This document shows positions 52,447-62,773 of a stretch of DNA of 64,000 bases, piece by piece. The translations under genes and the position numbers were made by a program. The notes beneath the pieces were generated by a model. That model saw nothing but the letters and a program-made list of their open reading frames with translations. It was not told the DNA's origin and ran no database searches. The stretch is from an uncultured Fibrobacterota bacterium (lineage in GTDB: Bacteria; Fibrobacterota; Chitinivibrionia; Chitinivibrionales; Chitinispirillaceae), in the NCBI GenBank assembly GCA_963803935.1, contig CAWDOZ010000133.1:37882-101881 (forward strand). The letters run 5' to 3'. Every line of letters begins with the position of its first letter. Positions within the stretch are counted from its first letter, which is position 1.

Positions 52447-54872
52447 GACCGGTCCGGGATTTTGGGCGCCGCTCTATCCGAAGGACTCTTTGCAGGCGGC
52501 TTGAGCACTCCCTGGAGCGTTGCCATGAACTCTTCGATGCTGAACGGTTTTGAAAGGACGCCGTCGAAGCCGAATCCTTTGTAATTCCGATATATGGAAT
52601 CGTTTGAATAGCCGCTGAAGGCGATAACCTTTGCCAGGGGGTCGATCTCCCTGATCTTAATCACCGTTTCCTTGCCGCCCATGCCGCCGGGAATGGTGAG
52701 ATCAAGGATTGCCGCAACAAAGGGCATCTGCTCGGCCGATGCCTTGACATACTGTTCGACAGCCTCGGTCCCGTTCGCTACCGTAACCGGCGTATAACCG
52801 GATTTCCTGAGCAGGGTTTCGACAACCGTGCGAACAACGGTATCGTCATCCATGACGAGAATTTTTCCTGAAGGGCGGCGGGCCATAGGTAATTCAGCGG
52901 TTTTTTCTCTTGTACTGCGGGCCGATGCAGGCAGGTAAAAGGTAAATGTGGAGCCCCGGCCGGGCTTGGAATCAACTTCGATATGCCCATTGTGCCGTTT
53001 AATAATGGAATACACTATTGTCAATCCAAGCCCGGTGCCGGTCTTTCTGGTGGTGAAATAGGGGTCAAAAATACGTTCCAGGTGATCGATGGAAATTCCG
53101 GCACCCTCGTCCCGCACCGAGATTCTCACATAATGCCCAGCTGGAAGGGGAAGCCGGCGCATCCGGCCGTCCGGACCCGCGATTCCGGACAACGATCCGG
53201 AGCCGTCCCGGAGATCGGAGGATTCGATGACGACATTTGCCCCGCCGATGGTCACCGTACCGCCATCGGGCATTGCCTGCGCCGCGTTGGACAGAAGGTT
53301 GGTGAGGACCTGATCGATTTGACCCCTGTCGACATCAACCGGAAACAGGTTATCGGGAAGATCGAGATTATAATCGACATTGCTTCCTGAAAGGCTGAAC
53401 CCTATGGTATCCAGCACGAGTTGCTTGATCGATGCCGTTTCCTGGATCGTCGCGGTGCAGCTTGCGAATGAAAGAAGCTGTTTTGTCAGCGCCGAGGCTT
53501 TAAGGGCTGCCTTTTCCGCCTCGGTAACGAGGGTGCAGGTTTCGATATTGGAAATCGAGCTCATCCGGGCCATGAAAAGATAGGTGGTAATGCCCGTAAG
53601 AAGATTGTTGAAATCGTGGGCTATTCCTGCGGCAAGCATCCCCACCGATTCAAGCCGTTTGTCTTTCAGGAACTCGCCTTCAAGCGTGTAGGTCTTCGTG
53701 ATATCGCGCAAGATAATGACCACGCCTCCGCAGGCATCATCCTGAAAGAGGACGCATTGACAGTCAATAATACGATCGGAGCCTCCACGGGAGGCGAGCA
53801 GGTACCGGCAATCCTCTTTTCGCTCGGTAGCGGCAAGACACCGGTCGATAAAATCGTCACTCTGTCGCGAACGATCGTCCACATCGTAAAGTTCTAAAAC
53901 CGCTCGCGCCTCTTTGCCTGCAGCCTCGTCGGCTTTCAAACCGGTCATCGCTTCAGCCGCAGCATTGAAGTAGAGTATGCGTCCCTTATGGTCAATCGTA
54001 ACAACAGCATCGGAGAGGCTTCTGAGCGTTGCTGCAAGGAGCCCTTTCTCCAGAACTGGTGCACCCGGCAAACTCTGCTGTCCGGCAAGTTTTTCAGTGA
54101 GCAGCCGGTTCGCCTCAGCCAGCTCGGCGGTGCGCTTCCGGACCTCACGTTCAAGACGTTCTCCGGATTCGACAAGGGCATCTTCGGTGCGCTGCCGGGC
54201 TACCCGTTGGGAGATGATCTGGACAATTTCCGACAGGAGACCGATCTCGAAAGGTGTCCAGCGCCTGATTGAGTCAATAGCGGAAAACGTGAGGATTCCG
54301 TGAGGACTTGCGGGGTTGTCGTAGGGAAGTGCCAGTATGGACTTTACCTTATACCGTCGCAGAAGGGCGGCTATTTCCGCCTGGTTTTTTTCTGTCGGTT
54401 CACCCTCGTGGGCCTGCATGCTTTTTTCACCGAAGTATTCGCGTATCAGCGATCCCGGAAGAGTGGCATTGATTACTGATGGAACTCCGGGAGCGGTCCA
54501 TTGAATGGTACATTGTCCGTCTCCGGTGGCAGGAAGAAGGGAAAAATAGGTGCATCGGCCAAGATTGAGGGCAGGGCCGGCCATCGTGAGCAGCATTTTA
54601 ATGAGTTTTTCTTCGGTAATACGATCATGGGAGGCTGCCTTCAGGATTTCGGTGCGAAGTCGTGAGAGCCTTTGACGGAAAGCTACCTTCTCACAGGCAT
54701 TCTTGAGTTCCCGAACAGCTTGATCCGGCAATAACTGACCGGCTGACTGCTCCCCGGAGGAGGTATAAATATCCGCGAGCAGCAGGTCGCCCTCATCGAG
54801 CGTATGCAGCAGCTCGGAGAAATAGCGGCGAACCTCAGCGCTCTGCGCCGGGACATTGGTGGTAGTAAGCAT
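52443..54872 (-). CDS. hybrid sensor histidine kinase (GAF-like, PAS, HisKA, HATPase_c, REC)
   Basis: It has a PAS domain (VVTIDHKGRILYFNAAAEAMTGL), an H-box (GIAHDFNNLL), an N-box (NLLSNAAQAM) and G-boxes (DEGAGI, GTGLGL). The C-terminal REC reads ILVMDDD...LDLTIPGGMGG...SKP. Confidence 0.87.
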   Translation of the reverse strand: MLTTTNVPAQSAEVRRYFSELLHTLDEGDLLLADIYTSSGEQSAGQLLPDQAVRELKNACEKVAFRQRLSRLRTEILKAASHDRITEEKLIKMLLTMAGPALNLGRCTYFSLLPATGDGQCTIQWTAPGVPSVINATLPGSLIREYFGEKSMQAHEGEPTEKNQAEIAALLRRYKVKSILALPYDNPASPHGILTFSAIDSIRRWTPFEIGLLSEIVQIISQRVARQRTEDALVESGERLEREVRKRTAELAEANRLLTEKLAGQQSLPGAPVLEKGLLAATLRSLSDAVVTIDHKGRILYFNAAAEAMTGLKADEAAGKEARAVLELYDVDDRSRQSDDFIDRCLAATERKEDCRYLLASRGGSDRIIDCQCVLFQDDACGGVVIILRDITKTYTLEGEFLKDKRLESVGMLAAGIAHDFNNLLTGITTYLFMARMSSISNIETCTLVTEAEKAALKASALTKQLLSFASCTATIQETASIKQLVLDTIGFSLSGSNVDYNLDLPDNLFPVDVDRGQIDQVLTNLLSNAAQAMPDGGTVTIGGANVVIESSDLRDGSGSLSGIAGPDGRMRRLPLPAGHYVRISVRDEGAGISIDHLERIFDPYFTTRKTGTGLGLTIVYSIIKRHNGHIEVDSKPGRGSTFTFYLPASARSTREKTAELPMARRPSGKILVMDDDTVVRTVVETLLRKSGYTPVTVANGTEAVEQYVKASAEQMPFVAAILDLTIPGGMGGKETVIKIREIDPLAKVIAFSGYSNDSIYRNYKGFGFDGVLSKPFSIEEFMATLQGVLKPPAKSPSDRAAPKIPDRS

Positions 54873-55083
54873 GGTACCGTCTTGGGTCCGATTGAGGAAT
54901 TACCCCGAAAACCGTTCCGGATTCGAGCTTAATCCTAATATACTCATTGCAAATTACAGCGGAACTATTTTCAGGAGATTTTTGATCCACTCTGCACCCG
55001 CGGCCCGGCTCAGGCTGTTGGAAGCAGCCAAGGCCGATAATGCAGGGCTACAGCCTGCCTGGTACCCCTATCTGGAAGGGACC

Positions 55084-56193
55084 TCAGGGCATGGAGAAGG
55101 TATGTCTGACGGCGAGCGGTTTTTCCGCCGGGGGCAGGCGCCATGCCCCGATTTCATGGATCATCTCGTTGGCGAGCATCTTATCGATTTCCTGCGGCCC
55201 GCTGATTTGAATATGATCGAGCGACCCATCGCGATTCACGGAAAACGAGGCCGTTGCCTCTCTTGGAAGCGGGCGGGGAAAGTTTCTGAAATGCTCCTCA
55301 ATGAGAAGCGGCTGGTAGTAACGGTCGAGCAGGGAATCCACCGCTTCAGGAGAGCGGAGGATCAATGCGCCTGGTTTAAAGGCGCGCGCCAACTCCTCCT
55401 TAAGAACTTCGCCGAGAGATGTCAGGTCCTGGCAGCTCGGCATGGATAGTGCGTTTGCCTGAGCGGCCTTCGCGCCGGAATCCCTGATTCCCCTGACCCT
55501 GGCGGTGAGCTGAATCTCGGAATTGATCTCATTGTCCCCGTTGCGCTTGAAATACGGATTATCAGGACTGGCACCGGCGCCGACAAGATCGACAAGGCCC
55601 TTCGGGAAAAAGGCTGTGGGTTCGCCCCGGTATCGGGCGTATTTCTTCCGGTTGAGCACCAGAGAATCGCCCGATTTGGCCATGTTCCAGAGATCGAGGA
55701 AATTCCATCCGCCGAAGCAGGTGTCGTTCCCCCTTATAAAAATCTGGTGGATCGTGTAGGCATCGCTGAGCGTATCATTGCCAAGTGCGCCATAAGGGAC
55801 CACGTAGGCAGTGCGGACCTGGATGAGCCTGGTCGCGGCGGGCCCGTCGCGGCCGGGCATGGCCACATCCCACTCGGCTACCTGCCAGATGATGCCGTTA
55901 CTCTTGATTTCAAGGAGATCCGATCGCGCAAGCGGCAGCCCGCCGGCATTGACCTCGGAGGTGTACTCCCACAGCCCCGCATGGTCGGCGAGAAATTTCA
56001 GCTTTTCTTCCTGGGTAAACCGCTGCGTATTGCGATAATAAAGATCGAGCTTCTGGGGGTTATTCGCAATATACCGCTGCATGTGGACGGCAAGGTAGTA
56101 GATAACGGCGCAGCTCACGACCGCGAAAAGGGTAAGTACCAGAGCAATCGTCCTGCCGCTGCGATCGGGCTTTTCCTTGTAAATGGTTTCCAT
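55084..56193 (-). CDS. membrane-anchored hypothetical protein with a possible TonB-C-like C-terminal domain
   Basis: The start is taken at METIYKEK (ATG 56193). The upstream part of ORF ..56400 runs through the hairpin repeat. It has a single TM (TIALVLTLFAVVSCAVIYYLAV). The C-terminal segment SFSVNRDGSLDHIQISGPQEIDKMLANEMIHEIGAWRLPP weakly fits the TonB_C pattern. Confidence 0.5.
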   Translation of the reverse strand: METIYKEKPDRSGRTIALVLTLFAVVSCAVIYYLAVHMQRYIANNPQKLDLYYRNTQRFTQEEKLKFLADHAGLWEYTSEVNAGGLPLARSDLLEIKSNGIIWQVAEWDVAMPGRDGPAATRLIQVRTAYVVPYGALGNDTLSDAYTIHQIFIRGNDTCFGGWNFLDLWNMAKSGDSLVLNRKKYARYRGEPTAFFPKGLVDLVGAGASPDNPYFKRNGDNEINSEIQLTARVRGIRDSGAKAAQANALSMPSCQDLTSLGEVLKEELARAFKPGALILRSPEAVDSLLDRYYQPLLIEEHFRNFPRPLPREATASFSVNRDGSLDHIQISGPQEIDKMLANEMIHEIGAWRLPPAEKPLAVRHTFSMP

Positions 56194-56252
56194 GGTCAGC
56201 CTCCGGGGTCTCACGCTTCGCCGAAGAAAATATATATTAAAATTCTTGAATA

Positions 56253-56527
56253 CCCGGGTGGGGGAACCGCCTGAAGTCGGTTCCCCCTGGCCAAAGCCTC
56301 CGCGCCCGCAAAGCCGGGCTGCGGGGTCTTTGGCACACCCCTTCCTGCGGAAGGGGGAGGCGATGTTTGCCTGAAGGCAAACGCTCTCCCCCTCCCGCAA
56401 CGCCCTCTTTCAGGGTAGAAAACACATTTAAAGACTGTAATAAAAGAATCGTTTTGATTTTAAATCTTTTCCAGAAGCCTGAAGCCTTTTTTTTCCACTC
56501 CCGCAACGCTCACATTTGGTGGAAAAA
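56253..56527 (-). repeat. mosaic hairpin repeat in reverse orientation, one full copy plus an extra head
   Basis: Read on the minus strand it has a head at 56527-56494 (TTTTCCACCAAATGTGAGCGTTGCGGGAGTGG) and a second head at about 56425-56395. Next come the GGCAAAC/GTTTGCC nested hairpin, CCGCAGGAAGGGGTG and the GCCAAAGACCCCGCAGCCCGGCTTTGCGGGCGCGGAGGCTTTGGCC module. GGGGGAACCGAC-ttca-GGCGGTTCCCCC and the tail follow. It ends 60 nt upstream of ATG 56193. Confidence 0.78.
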
Positions 56528-56576
56528 CCTTATTCAGGAAAAACAAACCCAATAAACCGAAGCATTAGAGGTCCTC

Positions 56577-57122
56577 ATGGAAGAAGCTATACGCAGCATA
56601 CTGTCCGAGATCGGTGAAAATCCGGACCGCGAAGGACTCCTGAAAACTCCTGAGCGGGTACAGAAGGCCTACCGGTTTCTCATGAAAGGGTACACCCAGG
56701 ACCCCGAAGCGATCCTGAAGAGCGCGATGTATGAGGAAGAGTGCAACCACATGATAATCGTCCGCGACATCGAGCTCTACAGCATGTGCGAGCATCACCT
56801 CCTCCCCTTCTTCGGCAAGTGCCACATCGGCTATATCGCCCGGAACAAGGTATACGGCGTCAGCAAACTGGCCCGTCTCGTAGAGTGCTATGCCCGGCGC
56901 CTCCAGGTGCAGGAGCGGCTCACCCAGGAGATTGCCGCCTCGCTCATGGGACCTATCGACGCAGAGGGCGTCGGCGTCATCATCGAGGCGCAGCACCTCT
57001 GCATGATGATGCGCGGGGTTGAGAAGCAGAACTCCCGGATGGTAACCTCGGCGATGCTCGGATCGTTCCGCAGCGAGCAGCCGACGAGGATGGAGTTCCT
57101 GAGCCTTGCGGGAATGAAATAA
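56577..57122 (+). CDS. folE: GTP cyclohydrolase I (type 1)
   Basis: It reads [11 protein letters not shown] ... [15 protein letters not shown] ... [22 protein letters not shown] ... [12 protein letters not shown]. Confidence 0.93.
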   Translation: MEEAIRSILSEIGENPDREGLLKTPERVQKAYRFLMKGYTQDPEAILKSAMYEEECNHMIIVRDIELYSMCEHHLLPFFGKCHIGYIARNKVYGVSKLARLVECYARRLQVQERLTQEIAASLMGPIDAEGVGVIIEAQHLCMMMRGVEKQNSRMVTSAMLGSFRSEQPTRMEFLSLAGMK

Positions 57123-57199
57123 AAAAGTTGGCGGGTTAGAGCGTTAAAAGCGTTTAATACGCAGGGGCAGTGCAAGCATACTGCCGGTTGCAAAGTTCA

Positions 57200-57260
57200 C
57201 TGAAGCAGAGCTTCAGGGGACCGCGAAAGCAGCCTGCCATGCGCTCTCTGTGCCTGTTCA
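57200..57260. repeat. hairpin plus 45-nt conserved core, copy 2
   Basis: A CTGAAGC-aga-GCTTCAG hairpin is followed by GGGGACCGCGAAAGCAGCCTGCCATGCGCTCTCTGTGCCTGTTCA. It lies 15 nt beyond the stop of the ferritin-like gene. Confidence 0.65.
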
Positions 57261-57274
57261 TTCCGGAGGGGATT

Positions 57275-57772
57275 TCAGGGATAATCGGTTCGTGGCTCGA
57301 ACACATACAGTCTGAATGACTTAACCCGGTGCAATATTTTCGTTATATGGTTTTTATTTTCACTGGTCATGGTTCGCAGCATTTCATGCGCAGGCGATTT
57401 AAAGGGCAAATCCAGTGCAAATTGGAAAAAAAACTCACTTGAACCGACTTCGATCTCGAGAGCCCGGATCAGGGCATCGACACGGGTGGGCGGCGCCCGT
57501 TTAAATTGAGCGATGGTGTCGGTCACTTCCGCAATTTTAGATTTTATATTTTCGAGATTCGGATCAAGTGCGGCAAGAGGGAAATTTCCTTCTTCGATCA
57601 GTGATTCACCCGCACGCGTAATTATAGACGCATGCCGGGCTTCCTCGTCGGCCAATGAATTCCAGAAGCCGCGGTCCTCCGGGAATAACCCTGCAAAAAG
57701 CCGGTACAGCGCACCGACCTTTTCCTCCAGCTGGATAGTCTTTGCAAGTATTCTTTCGATTCCTTTTTCCAT
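57275..57772 (-). CDS. ferritin-like (rubrerythrin-fold-like) four-helix-bundle protein
   Basis: Candidate di-iron ligands are LEEK, DEEARH, EIEV and ENKNH (an E / ExxH / E / ExxH arrangement). It is a paralog of 33244..33723. Confidence 0.6.
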   Translation of the reverse strand: MEKGIERILAKTIQLEEKVGALYRLFAGLFPEDRGFWNSLADEEARHASIITRAGESLIEEGNFPLAALDPNLENIKSKIAEVTDTIAQFKRAPPTRVDALIRALEIEVGSSEFFFQFALDLPFKSPAHEMLRTMTSENKNHITKILHRVKSFRLYVFEPRTDYP

Positions 57773-57781
57773 CGAATTCCT

Positions 57782-59532
57782 TTATACTTCCACTCCCGAC
57801 GGCAATTTCGGCAATGCATCGCCGAGCAACCGCTTGTTCAAGCTCTTCAGCCACCGGGACATATCGTCCGTCGAGTCGATCGCATCGATGTGCGAAATGC
57901 TTTCGGCCGCCTCCATGTAGCTGATATGCGAAACGATCTCCTTGATAAGCGAAATGTTGCGCGGGATCACGCTGAATCGCCGAAGGCCCAGGCCGACCAG
58001 AAGCACGGTATGGGCGGGGTTCCCCGCCATTTCGCCGCAGATGGAAAGGGGCATGCCGTTATCGTTGGCAGTCTTGATGGCGCCGCGGATGATTCGCAGG
58101 AAAACCGGCTCGACCGGGTTGTAGAGATAGTTGACTTTGGCGTTGTTCCGATCGGCGGCACTGAGGTATTGAATGAGGTCGTTGGTTCCTATCGAAGCGA
58201 AATCGATCTCCTTGATGAACATAGGCATGCCGAGAATTGCGAGCGGCACCTCGAAAAGCACGCCGCACCTGGGCATCTCCATCCCGAGCCGGGAGGCAAC
58301 CCCGGCGATTACCGACTTGGCATCGATCCACTCCTGGAGCGTCGTCACCATGGGAATCATGATCGAATAGGAATATGGTTGACCTGCGCGCATTATTGCT
58401 TCGACCTGCGCTTCGAAATACTCCCGCCGTTCCAGAAAAATCCGGATGGCGCGCCACCCCATGAAGGGGTTGAATTCGGGCGGCATATCGAAAAACTGGG
58501 GTACCTTGTCGCCGCCGATGTCCATGAGCCTTACGACGCAGTGCTTCTTGTTAAGCTTTTTAAAAATGGCGTCGTAGTACTCAACCTGCACATCGACCGG
58601 CGGCATCTCCTTCCGGTTCGAAAGAAGGTATTCTGTCCGGACCAGGCCGATGCCGTCTGCGCCATACTCATTCGCCATGTCGACGTCGTCGGGAAGCGAA
58701 ATATTCGCCATGATCTCGATCTTGACGCCGTCGCGCGTGTACACGGGACGCTGCCACTTTTTCCGGAGCTCTTCGAGGGCGTCCCGGTCGGTTGCCATAT
58801 TCCGGAAGCGGGTGATGATGGCCGGCGAAGGCCTGACATAGACCAGCCCATGGTTGGCATCTACCAGAACGGTATCGCCGGGGGCGATATTTTCCGTAAG
58901 ATGCGAAATGCCGGAGATTACCGGAATATTATAGGAGCGGGCAAGAATTGCGGCATGCGAGGTTTTGCCGCCGCTTGTCGTCACTACCGCCTGCACCTTG
59001 GACTTTTCGTAGGTAAGGATATCGGATGGCGTAAAGGTACGCGAGACAATGAGGACCACCGGCTCCATGAATTTCGTGGTGCGTCCGTCGCCGGCGTACA
59101 GGTAGGAAATCAGGCGCTCGCAGATCTCCACGATGTCGCTTGCGCGCTCCCTGAAGTACGAGGTCCCCGCAGCGTCGAACCGCTTGATAAAATCATTGGA
59201 TACCAGGCGGATGGCGGTCTCGACATCGTAAAGTTTCGTCGAGATGGTTTCAACAACCTGCCCGATAAATGCCGGATCGTCAAGGATGTGCTCATAGATA
59301 TTCAGGATCGACATATCGAACTGCGCGGATTTATCGATGCCGTTGAGATGCTGCCGGTACTCCTCCTTGGCGCGTTCGCGAATCTCGTTGAAGCGCATGA
59401 TTTCGCTGCCGAGATCCTGCCGCGCGATCGAAACGGTCGACGTGTGCGGAACAACCCGGCCTACGAAGTAGGCCTTTCCGGCTCCCCGCCGGAAACAACC
59501 GGAATGCCTGATAGTTTCAGCTCTTTCTTCAT
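57782..59532 (-). CDS. ptsI: phosphoenolpyruvate-protein phosphotransferase (PTS enzyme I), with the frame interrupted at a C4/G4 run (59484-59487)
   Basis: It reads GGKTSHAAILARS (phosphohistidine), GLVRTEYL, RLMDIGGDK and SIGTNDLIQY. The homologous N-terminus (MKKELKLSGIPVVSGG...) starts at ATG 59532, overlapping the glgP stop, but is in another frame. Adding one G gives ...SGGGAGKAYFVGRVV. The upstream 130 codons of track ORF ..59923 overlap glgP and are not credible. Confidence 0.85.
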
Positions 59533-61943
59533 ACCGCCGCCAGTTTCCAGATGTCGCGGACATACTCATCCACCATGCGATCGCTCGTAAACCACCCCAT
59601 GTGAGCGAGGTTGGACATGCAGACCCTGAGCCAGGCCATGGGCTCGCCGTACAACACATCGACCTGCTTCTGGCGTGCGACATAGTCGTCGAAATCGAGC
59701 AGGACGTACCGGCGGTCAGAATCGCGCAGAGCTGAAAGCAGCGGATGGATGGCGTGGCCGTCGACGGTGTGAGGAATGAGATCGTTTTCAAGGAACGAGA
59801 ATATCTCCTTGAGCCGCTCGTCCCGGGCAAGGAGGTCGGCAGGACGGTAGTCATGAAGACTCGAAAGCGCTGCAAGGTCGTGACCGAAGGAGAAGAGGTT
59901 TCCCTCCCCTGTTTTTTCCGCAAGCTCGATGTTTCCCCCGCTGCGGCTGGCTATGGCAATGGAGCCGTTGAGCGCAAATTTCAGGACAAAGGTCCCGCAC
60001 GACTCCATACCGGCCGTCAACAGCTGCTCCGACAGGTCAACTGCAGGTGCAACCCGCTCGGCCCAGCCGAGGTTTGCGTTGGGAATGAAAATCACCTTCA
60101 TGAACCTGTTTGCGGCGGGGTCGTTATTGACCCGGTCCGCAACCGCCCAAATCAGGTGGATTATCTGCTTCGCAAGGAAGTCCGACGGCGAAGCCTTGCC
60201 GCCGAAAATATGCACCCGCGGCACGCCCGGCAGTTTGCCCCGCTTGATCAGGAGGTAGGAGTGCAGCATGTACAGCACATGCAGGAGTTGCCGTTTGTTT
60301 ACATGAATTTTCCCGAACTGGACATCATAGAGCATCGATTCGTCAACGGTAAAACCAGTCGTCAGCTTCAGCGCATCCGCAAGACCCCGTTTGGCTTCCC
60401 GCTTAATGGCGGCAAACGCATGGAGGAATCGTTCGTCATGGAGATGTTTTTCAATATGCTGCAGGTGTTCGGGCCGGGTTATCCACTGCTCGCCGATGTA
60501 CCTGCTTAAAAGCTGGCTCAGCGGGCGGTTGCAGTACATAAGCCACCGGCGCTGGCCGATACCATTGACGTGGCAGGAGAAACGGTTCGGAAGGTAGTCG
60601 GCATAGGAGGGGAATACGCGCGATTTGAGGCTGGCGGTCTGCTCGCCCGAAACGCCGATGACCGAATTCGAACCGAGCACCGCAAGGTCGGCAAAACGGA
60701 TCCGCTTGACCTCACCCTCCTCGACCAGCGAGAGTTCCCGTACCAGGTTGGACTCGGGACCGCGCCTGGTGCGCACTTCATCCAGATGAATCTGGTTGAG
60801 GTCGAAGATGATCTGCAGGTGGCGCGGCAGGATCTGTCCGACCTTGTAAACCGGCCATATCTCGGTATCTTCCTTGAACAGGGCGTGGCTCGTGTATGAG
60901 AAAATGGCCCTGGTCATGTCCCAGGCCTTCGTCCAGGCAACGCCCTCCTGATCTACCAGGAGGCGCATCATCTCCGGAATGGCAAGTGCACAGCAGCTAC
61001 CCCCGAGATGAATGGCGATCTTCTTGTCAAGATCCCCAATGATATTGTTGTCCTGCTTGAAACGGCGGACGATATCCTGCAGCGAGGCGCAGATAAAAAA
61101 ATACTGCTGTTTCATGCGCAGGTCCGTGGCACGCCGGACATCTTCGTCCGGAAACAGGAGCTGGGTGATGCGCCCGTATTTGGATTTGTCCTCGAAGGCG
61201 CGCTCGTAATCGCCGTGGTTAAGGTAATCGGGCAGGAACTCCTCGGACGAGCGGGCCGACCAGAGCCGAAGCGTATTCACGGTCCCGTTCCGGTAACCGA
61301 TGATCGGGATGTCGTACGGTATGGCGTGAACGATCTCGCTGTTTTTCCATTCGTAAGGCCCGAGCGGGTCCGCAGGGTTAGCATTCCTGCACTTGCCGCC
61401 GAATTTTACCGTGCAGGTGTATTCAAGCCGCAAAATTTCCCAGGGGTTGCCGCGGCGTATCCAGTCGTTTGGACGCTCGATCTGGACGCCATTATGGATT
61501 TCCTGGTTGAACTGGCCGTAATCGTAGCGGATGCCATAGGCCATAGCGGGGTAACCCTGCGAGGCAAGAGCATCGAGCAGACAGACCGAACTCCGGCCCT
61601 CGCTCCCGTTGCCGAGCATGTAGTCGTCCTCTTCGGCGTAGAGGTCCTCGATGGAGAATCCGAGCGACTTAACCGCGCGCGCCATCTCGCTTTCGATATC
61701 GAGACTCAGCATGTTCGGCAGAAGGTTTTTCCCGAGAATGTATTCGGTGGACAAATAATACACGCGCCGCGCATTGCGTTCATGGTAACGCCGCTGGGTC
61801 TCGATCCATTTTTCCATGAGTTCGCTGCGAATCGCGTAGGCAAGCGCCAGATAGCGGTCGTAGGGCGTGGCGGTAGACTCGTCCTTTGCCAGGAAGTTGA
61901 TCAGGTACCGGTTGAAATTTTCACGCAGCGTTTTGCTGTCCAT
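59529..61943 (-). CDS. glgP: alpha-glucan (glycogen/maltodextrin) phosphorylase, GT35
   Basis: The protein is 804 aa. It reads RVYYLSTEYILG, LGNGSEGR (cf. LGNGGLGRLA), VHLGGSCCA and VDLSEQLLTAGMESCGTFVLKFALNGS (cf. [27 protein letters not shown]). The family is clear, but some active-site-proximal residues differ. Confidence 0.88.
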   Translation of the reverse strand: MDSKTLRENFNRYLINFLAKDESTATPYDRYLALAYAIRSELMEKWIETQRRYHERNARRVYYLSTEYILGKNLLPNMLSLDIESEMARAVKSLGFSIEDLYAEEDDYMLGNGSEGRSSVCLLDALASQGYPAMAYGIRYDYGQFNQEIHNGVQIERPNDWIRRGNPWEILRLEYTCTVKFGGKCRNANPADPLGPYEWKNSEIVHAIPYDIPIIGYRNGTVNTLRLWSARSSEEFLPDYLNHGDYERAFEDKSKYGRITQLLFPDEDVRRATDLRMKQQYFFICASLQDIVRRFKQDNNIIGDLDKKIAIHLGGSCCALAIPEMMRLLVDQEGVAWTKAWDMTRAIFSYTSHALFKEDTEIWPVYKVGQILPRHLQIIFDLNQIHLDEVRTRRGPESNLVRELSLVEEGEVKRIRFADLAVLGSNSVIGVSGEQTASLKSRVFPSYADYLPNRFSCHVNGIGQRRWLMYCNRPLSQLLSRYIGEQWITRPEHLQHIEKHLHDERFLHAFAAIKREAKRGLADALKLTTGFTVDESMLYDVQFGKIHVNKRQLLHVLYMLHSYLLIKRGKLPGVPRVHIFGGKASPSDFLAKQIIHLIWAVADRVNNDPAANRFMKVIFIPNANLGWAERVAPAVDLSEQLLTAGMESCGTFVLKFALNGSIAIASRSGGNIELAEKTGEGNLFSFGHDLAALSSLHDYRPADLLARDERLKEIFSFLENDLIPHTVDGHAIHPLLSALRDSDRRYVLLDFDDYVARQKQVDVLYGEPMAWLRVCMSNLAHMGWFTSDRMVDEYVRDIWKLAAV

Positions 61944-62281
61944 AGGATCCGTGGGCTCGACCGAAGATTAGAAAAATAATCGAGTTACATACGATTAATT
62001 ATACTAGCCTGCCGCTCTTTCATCAACCCTTACGTTATAAGCGGTTATGCGTCCTCCCTGAAGGCAGGGGGGAGCCGGCGGCTCCTAACTTATTGAGATA
62101 CAGGGAAAATAGCTAAAGTGCGGTTCTCAATGATACGATTTTGTCGATTCCGCCGTCCGAAATCGGACAATTTCTGCCTGCACGGCAAAAGAAATTGATG
62201 AAAAACCGTCAGCCCAGCAGCGCCGCCTTGTGCCGCGATACGTCGAAAAGTATATTCAATAGCTTGTTAAATTGAAGTTTT

Positions 62282-62368
62282 GGAGGGGTGGCCGAGCGGC
62301 TTAAGGCACAGGTTTGCTAAACCTGCGTACTGGCAACGGTACCCAGGGTTCAAATCCCTGCCCCTCCG
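62282..62368 (+). tRNA. tRNA-Ser (anticodon GCU)
   Basis: Hand-folded: acceptor GGAGGGG/CCCCTCC, D arm GCC..GGC, anticodon stem CAGGT/ACCTG with loop TT-GCT-AA, a long variable arm (GTAC...GTAC) and T arm CAGGG-TTCAAAT-CCCTG. It is 87 nt and CCA is not encoded. Confidence 0.9.
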
Positions 62369-62375
62369 TTTAAAG

Positions 62376-62420
62376 AACCCTGGAATCCTTTTAGATGTGG
62401 ATTTCGGGGTTTTTTATTTT
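62376..62420 (+). terminator. intrinsic terminator after tRNA-Ser
   Basis: It has a 13-bp stem AACCCTGGAATCC / GGATTTCGGGGTT (2 G-U pairs) and a 10-nt loop, followed by TTTTTATTTT. Confidence 0.72.
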
Positions 62421-62773
62421 AAATGATCATCAATAGGAAGTGCCTGAGTCTTATGGATGGGAGAAAGTCCCTAAAAAAGGCTGGGAACCACCTGCCTATA
62501 TTGGAGAAGATCGGATAAAAATTCCACGGTTAATGTCTGCTTGAAGAGATATTGAAATAGCAATATTTAAAAAAAATTGGAAGAATTTAAAAAATGAATG
62601 CGTTCCAGATGGATTGCCTCACTTCTTAAATGATTTTAAATCTTTTAAAACAGTTGACAATGCGTTTGCTCTTTTGAAATGTTTTCCATTTCAATACAGG
62701 CTCTTTGTATCCGGACGGGCTTTTAGCTTACATGTTCTTTTATTAGCCCTGATTCGAGAAATGGAGCAATGAA

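Noticed and set aside
57890-59590. The 566-aa plus-strand ORF antisense to ptsI. Similar long antisense or overlapping ORFs are 61008..61979, 59745..60509, 24730..25932, 23401..24447, 25803..26681, 19928..20776, 47075..48007, 42231..43109, 40357..41280, 10439..11260, 7759..8508 and 30947..31726.
   Set aside because: All lie opposite or out of frame to genes with clear family signatures. They are Arg/Gly/Pro/Asp-rich with no recognisable motifs. They are typical shadow ORFs of GC-rich DNA.
62400-62770. A prophage or integrative element attachment site directly after tRNA-Ser.
   Set aside because: No integrase, excisionase or phage gene, and no repeat of the tRNA 3' end, is visible within the 1.6 kb available. 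Only the compositional shift is reported.
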